NCBI GenBank assembly: GCA_016194505.1
Contig: JACQBK010000016.1
Location: forward strand, 5,654-69,653
Source: Ignavibacteriales bacterium
GTDB lineage: Bacteria > Bacteroidota > Ignavibacteria > UBA10030
DNA: 64,000 nt
Direction: 5' to 3'
The notes under the pieces: model-generated
What the model saw: only the letters and a program-made list of their open reading frames with translations
The model's database searches: none
What the model was told of the DNA's origin: nothing
Shown: positions 29,797 through 40,795 of the stretch, piece after piece
How positions within the stretch are numbered: the first letter of the stretch is position 1
How the letters are laid out: every line of letters begins with the position of its first letter
Translations under genes and position numbers: made by a program

Positions 29797-31275
29797 ATGT
29801 CAAAACCGCTTAATATTTTGTTCCTTTCAAGTGAAGTAGAGCCATTTGCAAAAACTGGTGGCTTAGCCGATGTTTCCAGCGCCCTTCCGCAAGCGATAAA
29901 AGAGCTTGGTCATGAAATTCGCATTATGATGCCGCGGTACCGCTTCATCAGCGAACGAAAATTTAAGCTTCATGACATCATTCGCTTGAAAGAAATACCC
30001 ATTCCAATCGGAAAGAACTCCGAAATAGGAAACGTCAAATCTTCCTTCATCAGCAATTTGAAGGAAAAGGTCCAAGTCTATTTTCTCGACAACGCTAATT
30101 ATTTCGGCAGAGACGGCATCTACCAAAGCCCCGTAGGGAAAAAAGATTACAAGGATAATGACGAACGATATATTTTCTTCTGCCGCGGCGTGCTGGAAAC
30201 ATTGAAGCGGCTTGGCTGGCAACCGGATATTATCCACTGCAACGATTGGCAAACGGGGATCGTCCCTGCGTATATCAAAACTCTCTACGCTTCGGATGAC
30301 TTCTTCAAGTCAATCAAAACGGTTTTTACGGTTCATAACATGGCATATCAAGGGGCGTTTACGTCGGAGTCATTTGAAAAATCCGGGTTGCCCAAGAGCA
30401 TGTTTCATCCGGAAGGAGTAGAAGCGTACGGAAAATTTAACTTCCTCAAGACCGGACTCCATTATGCCGATGCAATCACGACCGTGAGCGAACGCTATGC
30501 GGAAGAAATTTGCAACTCCGATGAATACGGCGCCGGGTTAAACGGACTTCTTGCAAAACGTAAAAAAGACTTGAAGGGCATACTCAATGGCATAGATTAT
30601 GAAATCTGGAATCCTCTAACCGACGAATATACGTATCGAAAATTTGACGTTAAATCCATGGATGCGAAACTCGATAACAAAAAGGCGCTCCTGAAACGCT
30701 TCAACATACCGTATAAAGAAGGGGTCGCGCTCATTGGGGGTATTTCACGACTTGTTGAGCAAAAAGGATTTGACCTTGTTCTTGAAATTCTCGACGAGAT
30801 GATGAAGCTCAACGTGCAGTTCATTTTGCTGGGATCGGGCGAAAAAACGGTCGAAAAGAAATTTGAAACAATGCAGAAAAAATATCCTCACCAGATGGGG
30901 GTGCTTTTCGGATTTGATAACGAGTTAGCACATTTGATTGAGGCTGGAAGCGATCTCTTTTTAATGCCCTCCCGGTACGAGCCGTGCGGTCTCAACCAAA
31001 TGTACAGTATGCGGTACGGCACAATTCCTGTCGTTCGTGCTACCGGAGGTTTAGATGATACCGTGGAGGATTACGCGGGCGGCGGAAAAGGGACCGGTTT
31101 CAAGTTTGAGAAATACGATGCGAAAGAATTGCTGAAAGCTATCCAGCGGGCTATCAAAGTCTATCAACAGCCCGAGGAATGGAAGAAGCTGATGCGGAAC
31201 GGGATGCTGAAAGATTTCTCGTGGGAACATTCCGCCAAGAAATACGTCAACTTGTATAAAGAACTTTTGAGATAA
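29797..31275 (+). CDS. glgA: Glycogen (starch) synthase, GT5
   Basis: N-terminal ..ILFLSSEVEPFAKTGGLADV (KTGGL motif) and the C-terminal GT-B domain ..SRYEPCGLNQMYSMRYGTIPVVRATGGLDDTV.. Confidence 0.85.
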   Translation: MSKPLNILFLSSEVEPFAKTGGLADVSSALPQAIKELGHEIRIMMPRYRFISERKFKLHDIIRLKEIPIPIGKNSEIGNVKSSFISNLKEKVQVYFLDNANYFGRDGIYQSPVGKKDYKDNDERYIFFCRGVLETLKRLGWQPDIIHCNDWQTGIVPAYIKTLYASDDFFKSIKTVFTVHNMAYQGAFTSESFEKSGLPKSMFHPEGVEAYGKFNFLKTGLHYADAITTVSERYAEEICNSDEYGAGLNGLLAKRKKDLKGILNGIDYEIWNPLTDEYTYRKFDVKSMDAKLDNKKALLKRFNIPYKEGVALIGGISRLVEQKGFDLVLEILDEMMKLNVQFILLGSGEKTVEKKFETMQKKYPHQMGVLFGFDNELAHLIEAGSDLFLMPSRYEPCGLNQMYSMRYGTIPVVRATGGLDDTVEDYAGGGKGTGFKFEKYDAKELLKAIQRAIKVYQQPEEWKKLMRNGMLKDFSWEHSAKKYVNLYKELLR

Positions 31276-31282
31276 TAAGCGC

Positions 31283-31873
31283 GTGAAGGTTGAAGAAGTC
31301 GGCATTTTTTTTGACCGTGACGGTACCCTCAATACCGAAATAGATTTTCTCTCCCGTCCTGAGGAGCTTCAACTCATTCCCCATGCAGCCCGGGCAATAC
31401 GAGAGGCGAACGAATTCGGGGTTAAAGTGTTTGTCATTACGAATCAATCGGGGATTGCCCGGGGGTTATTCACCGAACACGATCTGGAAGCTATCCATAA
31501 ACGGTTAAAGGCATTGCTGGCGAAAGAACACGCTTATCTCGACGGCATATATTTTTGCCCGCATCATCTTGAGTATGGAACTAACGAATACAAAAAAGCA
31601 TGTGACTGCCGAAAACCAAAATCGGGGATGCTGACAAGAGCCGCGCACGAGCATACTATAAAGCTCAATCAATCGTTTGTCATCGGTGACCGATGTATTG
31701 ATATGGAGGCAGGCAAAGCAGCAGGATGCACGACAGCACTCGTGTTGACCGGCTATGGAACCGTAGATCGCAATGAATGCTCCCATGCCGATTTCATTGC
31801 ACAAGATGCATACGAGGCATGGCTTCACATTAAAAAAATTCTTGTCACGCATCATCGCAAACCTAACAATTAA
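31283..31873 (+). CDS. gmhB: HAD-IIIA phosphatase, D,D-heptose-1,7-bisphosphate phosphatase (GmhB)-like
   Basis: GTG start. Motif I FFDRDGTLN. Zn-binding CPHH..x..CDCRKP. GDRCIDMEAG is motif IV. Confidence 0.6.
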   Translation: MKVEEVGIFFDRDGTLNTEIDFLSRPEELQLIPHAARAIREANEFGVKVFVITNQSGIARGLFTEHDLEAIHKRLKALLAKEHAYLDGIYFCPHHLEYGTNEYKKACDCRKPKSGMLTRAAHEHTIKLNQSFVIGDRCIDMEAGKAAGCTTALVLTGYGTVDRNECSHADFIAQDAYEAWLHIKKILVTHHRKPNN

Positions 31874-31893
31874 ACGTTAAAAAGGCATTACTC

Positions 31894-33033
31894 TTGAGAC
31901 ATTTACAGATTGTTCTGATTCTCATCATCGTGTTGTTCCTTTCGAGTTGCAGTGAGGACCCGAACCCCGTCGGATTAGGGCTTCTTCCAAGATCAGATTA
32001 TATTAAAATTGATACGACGACATTTTTCGCAACGCAAAGTTACAGCCAAAGCTCGCATCCGGTTGCATCAAACCGACTGCTCATTGGTAACTATAAAGAC
32101 CTCGAGTCATGGGCAATCTTCCGTTTTGTCGCTATACCCGATACTCTGCAAGGCAAGACATTGGTGAGCGCACACCTGAAGCTCCGAGCCAACTACCATT
32201 TCGGTGATTCGCTTGCATCGTTTTCCGTTGCCGCTCATCAAGTGTACAGTACGTGGGGTGACTCGCTTTCTCTCGATTCGATAAAAGCCCCAAACTTTTA
32301 CAACACCTCTCCCATGTCACAATCTTCTGTCACTGCCATTGGGGATACCGACTTCTTCAACATAGCAATAGATACGAACCTTGTGAGAAAGTGGATAACC
32401 ACGGGTGCGGATTCTGCGGGCGTCGTTCTTCGACCGACAAATTCCAACGTCATAAAAGGATTTGGGTCGGGAAATAATGCGGATCCAGTTCAGTGGCCCA
32501 AACTTGTGCTTCGCGTTCTGCGCAGCGGCTCAACCGCTGTGGATACGGTTATCCTAACGGGTTCAATCACGCGATTTGCCGCCGGAATAGCAAACACATC
32601 GTGGGCAAAAGATAGTGCACAAATCTATGCACGCAACGGAATTTCCTACCGCGGCACCGTCAAGTTCGATGTTTCTTCTCTTCCGCGGCACGCGGCTATC
32701 CACAAAGCTATGCTCGAAGTCACACTGAATAGATCGCTTTCGCAATGGAATAGTTTCACTGCAGATTCGCTCTATGCTTATTTCATCGCCAAAGGTGTTA
32801 CCCTCAACGCCAGCTATATTCTCAGTGAGCGTTCAGACATAAATGGTTTTCATCGTTATAATTTTCAGGTTGGACCATTTGTCCAGCAATGGGTGCGGTC
32901 AACAGAGGATCAGAGCATCGCAATCGGCGGATATGGCGAGATAAACACTATAGATGTATTTGCACTCTACGGATCAGCGGCGGCAGCCGGTTTAAAACCA
33001 AAATTGACAGTTATTTACTCTATCGTGAGATGA
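31894..33033 (+). CDS. Hypothetical lipoprotein
   Basis: Lipobox LFLSSC. 379 aa. No catalytic motif recognised. Confidence 0.5.
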   Translation: MRHLQIVLILIIVLFLSSCSEDPNPVGLGLLPRSDYIKIDTTTFFATQSYSQSSHPVASNRLLIGNYKDLESWAIFRFVAIPDTLQGKTLVSAHLKLRANYHFGDSLASFSVAAHQVYSTWGDSLSLDSIKAPNFYNTSPMSQSSVTAIGDTDFFNIAIDTNLVRKWITTGADSAGVVLRPTNSNVIKGFGSGNNADPVQWPKLVLRVLRSGSTAVDTVILTGSITRFAAGIANTSWAKDSAQIYARNGISYRGTVKFDVSSLPRHAAIHKAMLEVTLNRSLSQWNSFTADSLYAYFIAKGVTLNASYILSERSDINGFHRYNFQVGPFVQQWVRSTEDQSIAIGGYGEINTIDVFALYGSAAAAGLKPKLTVIYSIVR

Positions 33034-33036
33034 TAT

Positions 33037-34284
33037 ATGAAGAATGGACGCAGGTGGTGGGCTAAACGCCATGTCGGAATAGTACTCGCCGGAATCTTAG
33101 GCGTTTCCCAAGCCTTTGCCGGAGGGTCAATCTATTCGCGGTTTGGAGTCGGTGATCTCCTTTACTACGGCAGCAGCCGAATTGATGCAATGGGCGGCGC
33201 GGGTATTGCTCTTATCGGTGATGGATTTATCAATAGATTGAATCCCGCGGGCATTGCACGAATTTCGCACACGCGCATTTCAGGCGGATTTGAATATTCC
33301 AATTTTTCCTCAACCGATAAATTCGGAACGTCAACCTTCGGCTACGGCTCCTATAAGGGATTAGCGTTCGGCATTCCCATCGCCAAAGACTACGGGATCG
33401 TCATGTTGTTAGAATCCTCCCCTTATAGCTCCATCAACTATGTAGTGGAGCAAGCCGATAGCCAGTTATCGCAAAAATTTTATGGAAAAGGTGGACTATC
33501 CCTGCTGAGCTTCGGCGGCTCGTATTCTCCATCAAGCACCTTGACATTTGGCGCAAAACTGAATTATGTGTTCGGGCGGGTCCGCCAATTTATTAAATTC
33601 GATTTTGCTGACGGAACATATAGTGATAGCGAGCTTGACCGTTCGGATTTTTATTCGGGTTTCAACTTTACCGTAGGAACTATTTATGAGGGGATGGGGG
33701 ATCTCTTTCATTCTCCTTCACTTAAGCCCCTCGCAGTCGGTCTGGTGCTTTCCACGCCAACGGTGTTATCTGTACAACAGGAGAGATATTTTATCACGAC
33801 TCAGACAACGGATACGACGTATACCAACTCCGGACATGTAGACCTTCCTCTTGCCGTTGGATTCGGGGCATCCTACCTCATATCAAGCAGATATTATCTT
33901 ACGGGGGATGTTTATTATCAAAACTGGCAGAGCGCTAATTTCTTTGGGCAGCACCCTGCTGAGATTAGAAACAACACACGCATTGCCGTCGGTTTTGAGT
34001 CGCTTCCTCAACGCGAAACCGAATCATACGGAAAGCGCATTGCGTATCGGGCTGGAATCTATTATAATTCCACCTACTACAACCTTAACAATACACCGAT
34101 CAACGAGTTGTTCTTAACAACCGGCATGGGGCTTCCTATCGGACCTGATGCGCGCCTGAACATCGGACTCCATATCGGAACACGCGGCACAACAACCAAT
34201 AATCTGCAGCGCGATACAATTTTCCGGCTTACGCTCTCCATCAGCGCAAGCGAAGTGTGGTTCATGAAGTTTGAGGACGAATAA
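33037..34284 (+). CDS. PorV/PorQ-like (FadL-fold) outer-membrane beta-barrel protein
   Basis: N-terminal motif RIDAMGGAGIALIGDGFINRLNPAGIA is analogous to the PorV/PorQ ..MGGA..A..D....NPAG.. signature. Gly/Tyr-rich barrel with a C-terminal ..WFMKF. Confidence 0.5.
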   Translation: MKNGRRWWAKRHVGIVLAGILGVSQAFAGGSIYSRFGVGDLLYYGSSRIDAMGGAGIALIGDGFINRLNPAGIARISHTRISGGFEYSNFSSTDKFGTSTFGYGSYKGLAFGIPIAKDYGIVMLLESSPYSSINYVVEQADSQLSQKFYGKGGLSLLSFGGSYSPSSTLTFGAKLNYVFGRVRQFIKFDFADGTYSDSELDRSDFYSGFNFTVGTIYEGMGDLFHSPSLKPLAVGLVLSTPTVLSVQQERYFITTQTTDTTYTNSGHVDLPLAVGFGASYLISSRYYLTGDVYYQNWQSANFFGQHPAEIRNNTRIAVGFESLPQRETESYGKRIAYRAGIYYNSTYYNLNNTPINELFLTTGMGLPIGPDARLNIGLHIGTRGTTTNNLQRDTIFRLTLSISASEVWFMKFEDE

Positions 34285-34298
34285 ACAAGACTAATTCT

Positions 34299-34736
34299 AT
34301 GATTGCTCTCGCAAGCGACCATGCCGGCTACGACTACAAGGAAAAAATCAAGACTCTTCTTGATGAGTTAAAGCTTCCCTACCGCGATTTTGGAACTTCC
34401 TCCAAAGATTCTACTGATTATCCTGATTGGGCGCATAAGGCAGCGCAAGCCGTTTCATCCGGCGAATGCGAGCAGGGGATTCTCGTCTGCGGCACAGGGA
34501 TAGGAATGTCCATCGTCGCAAACAAACATAAAGGCGTGCGCGCCGCCGTGTGTGAATCCGTTACCGCCGCACGATTAGCTCGACAACATAACAACGCAAA
34601 CGTTTTAACTGTTGGCGAACGGATTATCGGGTGGGAATCAGTCGTTGATATTGTGAAAGTATTTTTCTCTACTTCTTTCGAAGGCGGACGCCATGCACGG
34701 CGGGTAGAGAAAATCCATTCGACCACGGGATTGTAA
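34299..34736 (+). CDS. rpiB: Ribose-5-phosphate isomerase B (RpiB/LacAB family)
   Basis: MIALASDHAGYDYKEKI....GILVCGTGIGMSIVANKHKGVRAA. Confidence 0.8.
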   Translation: MIALASDHAGYDYKEKIKTLLDELKLPYRDFGTSSKDSTDYPDWAHKAAQAVSSGECEQGILVCGTGIGMSIVANKHKGVRAAVCESVTAARLARQHNNANVLTVGERIIGWESVVDIVKVFFSTSFEGGRHARRVEKIHSTTGL

Positions 34737-34739
34737 ATC

Positions 34740-34970
34740 ATGTCCCCAAACGACGCCGAGAAAAAGTATCGGGAGATTCTTAACAATTTGACTGCTGAAC
34801 AAAGAGTACGAATTGTTTTCGAACTCTACGACATGGGGAAAGAATTGGTAAGAGCAGGCATACGGAATGCTCATCCAATATGGGACGAACAACAAATAGA
34901 AACGGCAGTACGAGAGCGATTGAACCATGAAACAAGAAGAAATTCTTCTGTACACTCTCGAACGGCTTGA
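34740..34970 (+). CDS. Small hypothetical helical protein overlapping the downstream nucleotidyltransferase gene
   Basis: 76-aa ORF with a 44-nt overlap onto 34927..35475. No homolog recognised. Confidence 0.3.
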   Translation: MSPNDAEKKYREILNNLTAEQRVRIVFELYDMGKELVRAGIRNAHPIWDEQQIETAVRERLNHETRRNSSVHSRTA

Positions 34971-35475
34971 TAAACTCCGCATCCCGTACTTTATTACCGG
35001 TTCGGTGGCTGTGAGTATTTATGGAAAGCCTCGTTTTACTCATGATATAGATATTGTCGCCTCCTTATTCCCCACCAACATTTCCCAATTGGTTCAGGAA
35101 TTTAACCCTCAATTCTATATAAGTCCTGAAGGAATTCAGGATGCTCTTGCACACCACTCGATGTTCAACTTGATTCATCATGCTACAGGACTTAAGATTG
35201 ATTGTTGGATTCACAATCCTCAGAATGAGTTCTCACGTTCACAATTTGAGCGGCGGCGAGAACAAACGCTTTTCGGTTTGTCAATGTATTTTATTTCTCC
35301 CGAGGATCTCTTACTTCAAAAATTGATGTGGTTTAAAGATAGCGAGGCAACTCGGCACTGGGACGATGCGGTAGGCATCTGGGAATTACAACATTCATCG
35401 CTTGACCATTCATACCTCGAGCAATGGTCGAACATTTTATCACTCACCACGTTGTGGTATAAACTTTCATTATAA
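34927..35475 (+). CDS. Pol-beta superfamily nucleotidyltransferase-fold protein
   Basis: hG[GS]-x12-DhD motif: ITGSVAVSIYGKPRFTHDIDIV. 182 aa. Confidence 0.5.
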   Translation: MKQEEILLYTLERLDKLRIPYFITGSVAVSIYGKPRFTHDIDIVASLFPTNISQLVQEFNPQFYISPEGIQDALAHHSMFNLIHHATGLKIDCWIHNPQNEFSRSQFERRREQTLFGLSMYFISPEDLLLQKLMWFKDSEATRHWDDAVGIWELQHSSLDHSYLEQWSNILSLTTLWYKLSL

Positions 35476-35490
35476 AAATAATAATATCCT

Positions 35491-36792
35491 ATGCAACACT
35501 TGAATAATACCGACCATGAGATTTATTCCGTCATACAAAGCGAAATAAACCGTCAAAACACGAAGCTTGAGCTTATCGCTTCAGAAAATTTCGTCAGCCG
35601 CGCCGTGCTCGAGGCACTCGGCACAGTGCTTACCAACAAATATGCCGAAGGTTACCCCGGCAAACGTTACTACGGCGGCTGTGAGTTCGTTGATATGGCA
35701 GAAAATTTAGCGCGTGACCGCGTGAAAAAATTATTCGGCGCGGAGTATGCGAATGTCCAGCCCCACTCCGGCTCACAAGCGAACATGGCTGTTTATTTCA
35801 CGTTCCTTAAGCCCGGAGATAAGGTATTGGGGATGAATCTTTCACATGGAGGACATCTGACGCATGGCTCGCCGGTCAATTTTTCGGGACAGTTGTATAA
35901 TTTCACTGCATACGGCGTTGCAAAGGAAACTGGGTACATTGACTATAATGAAGTAGAAGCACTTGCGAAAAAAGAGCGCCCTAAGATGATTACCGTCGGG
36001 GCAAGCGCTTATTCACGCAATATTGATTATAAGGCATTCCGAGAAATTGCAGACCAAGTCGGCGCGTTTTTATTCGCCGATATTGCCCACCCTGCGGGCT
36101 TGATAGCAAGCAAGTTGCTCAACGACCCGCTTCCTCATTGCCATGTTGTAACCTCAACAACGCATAAAACATTGCGTGGTCCACGCGGCGGCTTAATGTT
36201 GATGGGCAAGGATTTTGAAAACCCCTTCGGTCAGGTCGCACCCAAATCCGGCAGAAAGAAAATGATGTCGGAACTATTGGACTCGATGGTTATTCCCGGC
36301 ATTCAAGGCGGACCTCTTATGCATGTTATCGCTGCGAAAGCAGTAGGATTTTATGAAAATCTCCAGCCGGGTTTCATTCAATATTCGGAACAGATCATCA
36401 AGAACGCAAAAGCGCTTGCCAATGCGCTGACGAAGAGAGGTTATCAAATCATTTCCGGCGGAACGGATAATCACTTGATGCTCATAGACCTGCGAAACAA
36501 AAACGTTACGGGCAAAGACACGCAGGAAGCGTTGGACCAAGCCGGCATCACGCTCAATAAAAACGCCGTGCCGTTCGATGATAAGTCTCCGTTCATTACT
36601 AGCGGCGTGAGAATTGGAACGCCTGCCATGACTACCCGCGGGATGAAGGAAGCAGAGATGGAAATCATAGCAGGATTGATTGACAAAGTCGTGATGAATA
36701 TCGGGAACGAGAACATCTATACTCAAGTTCGGAACGAAGTACACACCCTGTGCTTTTCATTCCCCCTCTACCCGGATCTAATCAAGAGCTAA
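35491..36792 (+). CDS. glyA: Serine hydroxymethyltransferase
   Basis: ..[36 protein letters not shown].. and the PLP-Lys region [16 protein letters not shown]. Confidence 0.9.
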   Translation: MQHLNNTDHEIYSVIQSEINRQNTKLELIASENFVSRAVLEALGTVLTNKYAEGYPGKRYYGGCEFVDMAENLARDRVKKLFGAEYANVQPHSGSQANMAVYFTFLKPGDKVLGMNLSHGGHLTHGSPVNFSGQLYNFTAYGVAKETGYIDYNEVEALAKKERPKMITVGASAYSRNIDYKAFREIADQVGAFLFADIAHPAGLIASKLLNDPLPHCHVVTSTTHKTLRGPRGGLMLMGKDFENPFGQVAPKSGRKKMMSELLDSMVIPGIQGGPLMHVIAAKAVGFYENLQPGFIQYSEQIIKNAKALANALTKRGYQIISGGTDNHLMLIDLRNKNVTGKDTQEALDQAGITLNKNAVPFDDKSPFITSGVRIGTPAMTTRGMKEAEMEIIAGLIDKVVMNIGNENIYTQVRNEVHTLCFSFPLYPDLIKS

Positions 36793-36929
36793 ATAGGGCA
36801 CGTGATTTTATCCATCCTGAATAGATACGCTAAAACGTAGGAATAAGAATTTTGTTTAAACAATTGTTACTAAAATTTCTTCAGCGCAGCGCCTCGGCTT
36901 CAAAGGAAAGCGACAATACCCAAGAGGAA

Positions 36930-37694
36930 ATGTCTTTTCTCGACCATCTCGAGGAATTGCGGTGGCATATCTTGAAAATTGTCGCCGGGCTGTTGATAGC
37001 GACAATCGCTTGCGCTTTTTTTGTTGATTTCATCATTCAAAAAATTCTGTTAGGTCCCCTCATCGCAGTTGGTTTAAAAGCGCAAGTGCTCACACCGTAC
37101 GGGATCGTGATGCTGTATTTTCAAGCTGTGCTGATTTGCGGCTTGATCATCAGTATGCCCAATACGTTGTACTGGCTCTGGAAGTTCGTTTCGCCGGGAC
37201 TTATGCCGAAAGAACGCCGATACGTTTCAGGGATCGTTGGGTTTACCTCGTTTTGTTTTTTTTCGGGAGTAGCATTCGGCTATTTTATCCTTCTCCCTGC
37301 CGCGCTGGATTTCTTTGCTCATTTCGGCACGGAAAATATCACTCTCAATGTCGCTATTGACCGATATGTGAGCTTCGTCCTTGCGTTGATTCTCGGCGCA
37401 GGGTTAGTATTCGAGCTTCCGATGATTTCATACTTCTTATCGAAGATGGGCATTCTCACACCGGCATTTATGCGTCATTATAGGCGCCATGCGTATGTTG
37501 TCATACTACTTATTTCAGCAATCGTCACACCGACACCCGATATCGTTACCCAGTTATTGCTTGCCGCTCCGATGTTTGTCTTGTATGAGGTTAGCATTTT
37601 CATTTCAAAAATTGTTCTGAGGAAAAAAGAGCGCGCGAGCAAAGAAGAAAACACCATCGGCAGCGAGGAGCACCATGACTCTGACCAAACGTAA
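36930..37694 (+). CDS. tatC: Twin-arginine translocase subunit TatC
   Basis: MSFLDHLEELRWHILK start, with an AAGAGGA RBS upstream. Six TM helices. The ORF is open from TTG 36852, which is an alternative start. Confidence 0.8.
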   Translation: MSFLDHLEELRWHILKIVAGLLIATIACAFFVDFIIQKILLGPLIAVGLKAQVLTPYGIVMLYFQAVLICGLIISMPNTLYWLWKFVSPGLMPKERRYVSGIVGFTSFCFFSGVAFGYFILLPAALDFFAHFGTENITLNVAIDRYVSFVLALILGAGLVFELPMISYFLSKMGILTPAFMRHYRRHAYVVILLISAIVTPTPDIVTQLLLAAPMFVLYEVSIFISKIVLRKKERASKEENTIGSEEHHDSDQT

Positions 37695-38670
37695 GCCCGC
37701 CTCGCTCGATACGATTAAAGCCCCCATTGAATCAGAGCTTAAGAAATTCAGCGGGTTCTTTAAGGACTCCATGCGCTCCAAAGTCGGGCTTGTTGATATT
37801 ATTGCCCGCTACCTTGTTCGCCAAAAAGGGAAACGTGTCCGACCGATTTTAGTATTCTTAAGCGCAAAGGCGTGCGGTGAGATCAATGAAAGCACCTATC
37901 GCGCCGCGACGTTGGTAGAGATTTTGCATACCGCAACGCTCATTCACGACGACGTTGTTGATGATGCGGATACGCGCCGGGGACTTGCCTCTATTAACGC
38001 GGTGTGGAAAAATAAAATCGCGGTCCTTATGGGTGATTATCTCCTCTCCCGCGGTTTGCTTCTCTCGTTAGAAAGCAATGATTATTTTTTCCTCCTCTCC
38101 ACTTCCAATGCCGTAAAACGGATGAGCGAAGGCGAGTTACTGCAAATTCAAAAAAGCAGGCAGCTTAATATTGACGAAAAAACTTATCTTAAGATCATAG
38201 GTGATAAGACCGCATCGCTGCTTTCCACATGTACGGAAATTGGCGCGGCAAGCGCAACGCAGGACCAGCATAAACGAACGCTGTTGCAGGAGTTTGGCGA
38301 GCATGTGGGGATGGCATTCCAAATTCGGGATGACCTTTTGGATTACCTCGGACGAAAAAGCATTATAGGAAAACCCACGGGCATTGATTTAAAAGAAAAA
38401 AAACTCACATTGCCGTTGATTTATGCATTGAACCATGCCCCTCGTAAAGATGCAAAGCAAGCGTTAAAAATGGTAAAAAATGGAGCGAAACAAAAAGAGA
38501 TCGAGTGGGTCGTTCAGTTTGTTGAAGCGAATGGGGGGATTGAGTATGCAATATCGCGGGCGGAATATTATTCCGAGCTTGCGCGAACAAATCTCGCTCC
38601 CCTGCCGGAATCGCCTGCTAAAGAATCGTTGCTTCAGTTCGTGGATTTTGTGATGGAAAGGAACAGTTAG
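37675..38670 (+). CDS. ispB: Long-chain polyprenyl diphosphate synthase (IspB-like hepta/octaprenyl)
   Basis: First DDxxD motif LIHDDVVDDADTRRG and second IRDDLLD. 331 aa. Has a 20-nt overlap with tatC. Confidence 0.85.
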   Translation: MTLTKRKPASLDTIKAPIESELKKFSGFFKDSMRSKVGLVDIIARYLVRQKGKRVRPILVFLSAKACGEINESTYRAATLVEILHTATLIHDDVVDDADTRRGLASINAVWKNKIAVLMGDYLLSRGLLLSLESNDYFFLLSTSNAVKRMSEGELLQIQKSRQLNIDEKTYLKIIGDKTASLLSTCTEIGAASATQDQHKRTLLQEFGEHVGMAFQIRDDLLDYLGRKSIIGKPTGIDLKEKKLTLPLIYALNHAPRKDAKQALKMVKNGAKQKEIEWVVQFVEANGGIEYAISRAEYYSELARTNLAPLPESPAKESLLQFVDFVMERNS

Positions 38671-38688
38671 CAGATTGCTGATAACAAC

Positions 38689-38722
38689 AAAAAACCCGCT
38701 TCAAATAAAGCGGGTTTTTTGT
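38689..38722. terminator. Bidirectional rho-independent terminator
   Basis: aaaaAACCCGCTtcaaataaAGCGGGTTtttt, between the convergent ispB and the TlpA-like gene. Confidence 0.6.
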
Positions 38723-38735
38723 TGCAACTCAACAT

Positions 38736-40649
38736 TCAATGTGGAGAATAAAAACTATCGTCCAACAATAGTTCTATTTGGAGGTTCAATGTCTTCTCCA
38801 TCATTTCCTCTCCTTCAAACCCCAAACTTTTGAACTGAATTTTCCCGTTCTTATCAATAATAAATTTTGTCGGTATGCCCTGCACGCCGTATTTATCCGC
38901 ATATCCTTCATCGAATAACACGGGGAAAGTATATTTCTTATCAGCGATAAACTTCTTTACAAGGCTGGCTCTTGTGGTCCCCTTTTCATATTCCCAAGTA
39001 TTAAGAGTGAGGATAACGACGTTCGGGTTACCTTTGTATTTATCGTATACTTTTTGAAGATAAGGGAATGAGGATATACACGGACCGCACCATGTTGCCC
39101 AAAAATCAATCACAACCACCTTACCTTTCAAGCCCGACAACTTCACCGTTTTTCCATCAAGCCCCTTGAGCGCAAAATTAATTGCCGGTTTATTGAGACG
39201 GGTTTTCAAGAATTCTTTTTTCAAATTTTCCATTCCCCGGTTTTTTAACTCAGCCAGTTTTTCATCAAACCCTTTTTCGGAACCGATTACTTTTATATAG
39301 GCAGTCTTGAACCGTTCCACCAGCTTCGCATCGAACTTATTTTCCTTTATACATTGTTCTGCAACAGTGAGCGCTTGAGTATAATTGCCAGTTTGCACAT
39401 AACAATCTATAAGCCGCTCGTTCGTCGTCACTTGCTCACCCTTAGTCAGGTTATACGCTTCCTGATAGACATCCCCCGCTTCGCGCAGCTTTCCCCATTT
39501 ATATAACCCCTCCCCGTACGTATTGAGGGCCTTTCCTAAATTATCGTTTTTATTTTTTTTCCACTCACTTGTACTGTAATGTGGCGGTTTCAAAGCAGAG
39601 TCGTTGCTCCTGAAAAATTCGACTCCTTTTTTTGCCCATCTTACTGCATCGTCCATATTTTTTCCATCGTTAATCATTGCCGTTGCTAAAATGGTATATC
39701 CATTGTCCAAAATCTTCGGCAGCGAGTCTAAAAGGGCTGCCGCTTTACTGTAATGCTTGGCTTGTATGAAAAAGTGCACAAGCATTCCTTGGTAGCGACC
39801 TCTGATCTCCTCTTTCGGCGGGAAGTTCTTCAAGAATGCTTCAAGCATTTCAGCTTTCTTCACTCCATCTTTTTCCCGAAAAATTTCTATCCATCGACTT
39901 CGTTCGGCAATTTTTCCCTTTGGGTTTGCAGCCATTGCAGCTGTGATGATCTCGTTTTTCTTCTCTTGTTGCCCTGCTTGGTCAAGCCAAGCCAGTAAAT
40001 CCGCAACCGCTTCTTCATTGCCCTTGTTAGTTTCGTATAAACTCAATATCTCTTCCTTAATTTTTTGTTTAGTCGAATCTCCTGGGGTTTCCATTGTCCA
40101 AAAGTGCCAAAGCGTTGCAAAAGCTAATATGTTAGCAGGGTACAATTTTTTCTCTCGAGCAATCTCGGCTTTGCCTTCGTTGACATTTCTTAGAAGAGAC
40201 CAGGATCCAGCAGCGGGGTAGAATAACAATTCCGCATATTGGAGGTGAGCACCTCGTACGGGTTTACCGTCCTTTCCGTACACCAAGTAACGCCAAACAT
40301 TCTCACCGTTATCGTCCTTAAGGTCGCCGGAAGTAAATCGTAAAAGTATCAGGTTCGCTTTTTCATCAGAAAGCTTCGTTGAACCGAACCATTTTTTCCC
40401 TTTTTTTTTCATCGGCACTTCGACCAGGAAGGGCTGAGCCCCTAGTCCTCTCATTAAAAGCACTTCGGCCGTTATCTCTTTTACTGACTGCAAATTAGCC
40501 GATTTTGCCCCGGCATTATAAGAAATGGAAATCTCGTCGCCAATTTTTGGCATCTTAGGAGAAATGGAAGCAACCTGCTCTTGACCTGCACATACTGACA
40601 AGAGCAACAATATCATAAGCAACGGTGCAGTGAAAATATTTCGCATCAT
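38736..40649 (-). CDS. Secreted TlpA-like thiol:disulfide oxidoreductase with a large N-terminal TPR/helical domain
   Basis: The C-terminal thioredoxin fold has a WATWCGPC active site. The upstream ~450 aa are helical-repeat rich. Signal peptide present. Confidence 0.65.
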   Translation of the reverse strand: MMRNIFTAPLLMILLLLSVCAGQEQVASISPKMPKIGDEISISYNAGAKSANLQSVKEITAEVLLMRGLGAQPFLVEVPMKKKGKKWFGSTKLSDEKANLILLRFTSGDLKDDNGENVWRYLVYGKDGKPVRGAHLQYAELLFYPAAGSWSLLRNVNEGKAEIAREKKLYPANILAFATLWHFWTMETPGDSTKQKIKEEILSLYETNKGNEEAVADLLAWLDQAGQQEKKNEIITAAMAANPKGKIAERSRWIEIFREKDGVKKAEMLEAFLKNFPPKEEIRGRYQGMLVHFFIQAKHYSKAAALLDSLPKILDNGYTILATAMINDGKNMDDAVRWAKKGVEFFRSNDSALKPPHYSTSEWKKNKNDNLGKALNTYGEGLYKWGKLREAGDVYQEAYNLTKGEQVTTNERLIDCYVQTGNYTQALTVAEQCIKENKFDAKLVERFKTAYIKVIGSEKGFDEKLAELKNRGMENLKKEFLKTRLNKPAINFALKGLDGKTVKLSGLKGKVVVIDFWATWCGPCISSFPYLQKVYDKYKGNPNVVILTLNTWEYEKGTTRASLVKKFIADKKYTFPVLFDEGYADKYGVQGIPTKFIIDKNGKIQFKSLGFEGEEMMEKTLNLQIELLLDDSFYSPH

Positions 40650-40795
40650 AATAGTTTCCTCTCTTCGGTGAACTACTATTGGTTAAGGTGCTTATATGAG
40701 AGATGCAGAAAGGTGAAAAAAGTTGCTTTTCAACAAAAAAAATGAAGCCACCTTAAAAGTCCGGCTTTAAGATGGCTTAAAAAAAAGATAAAAAT

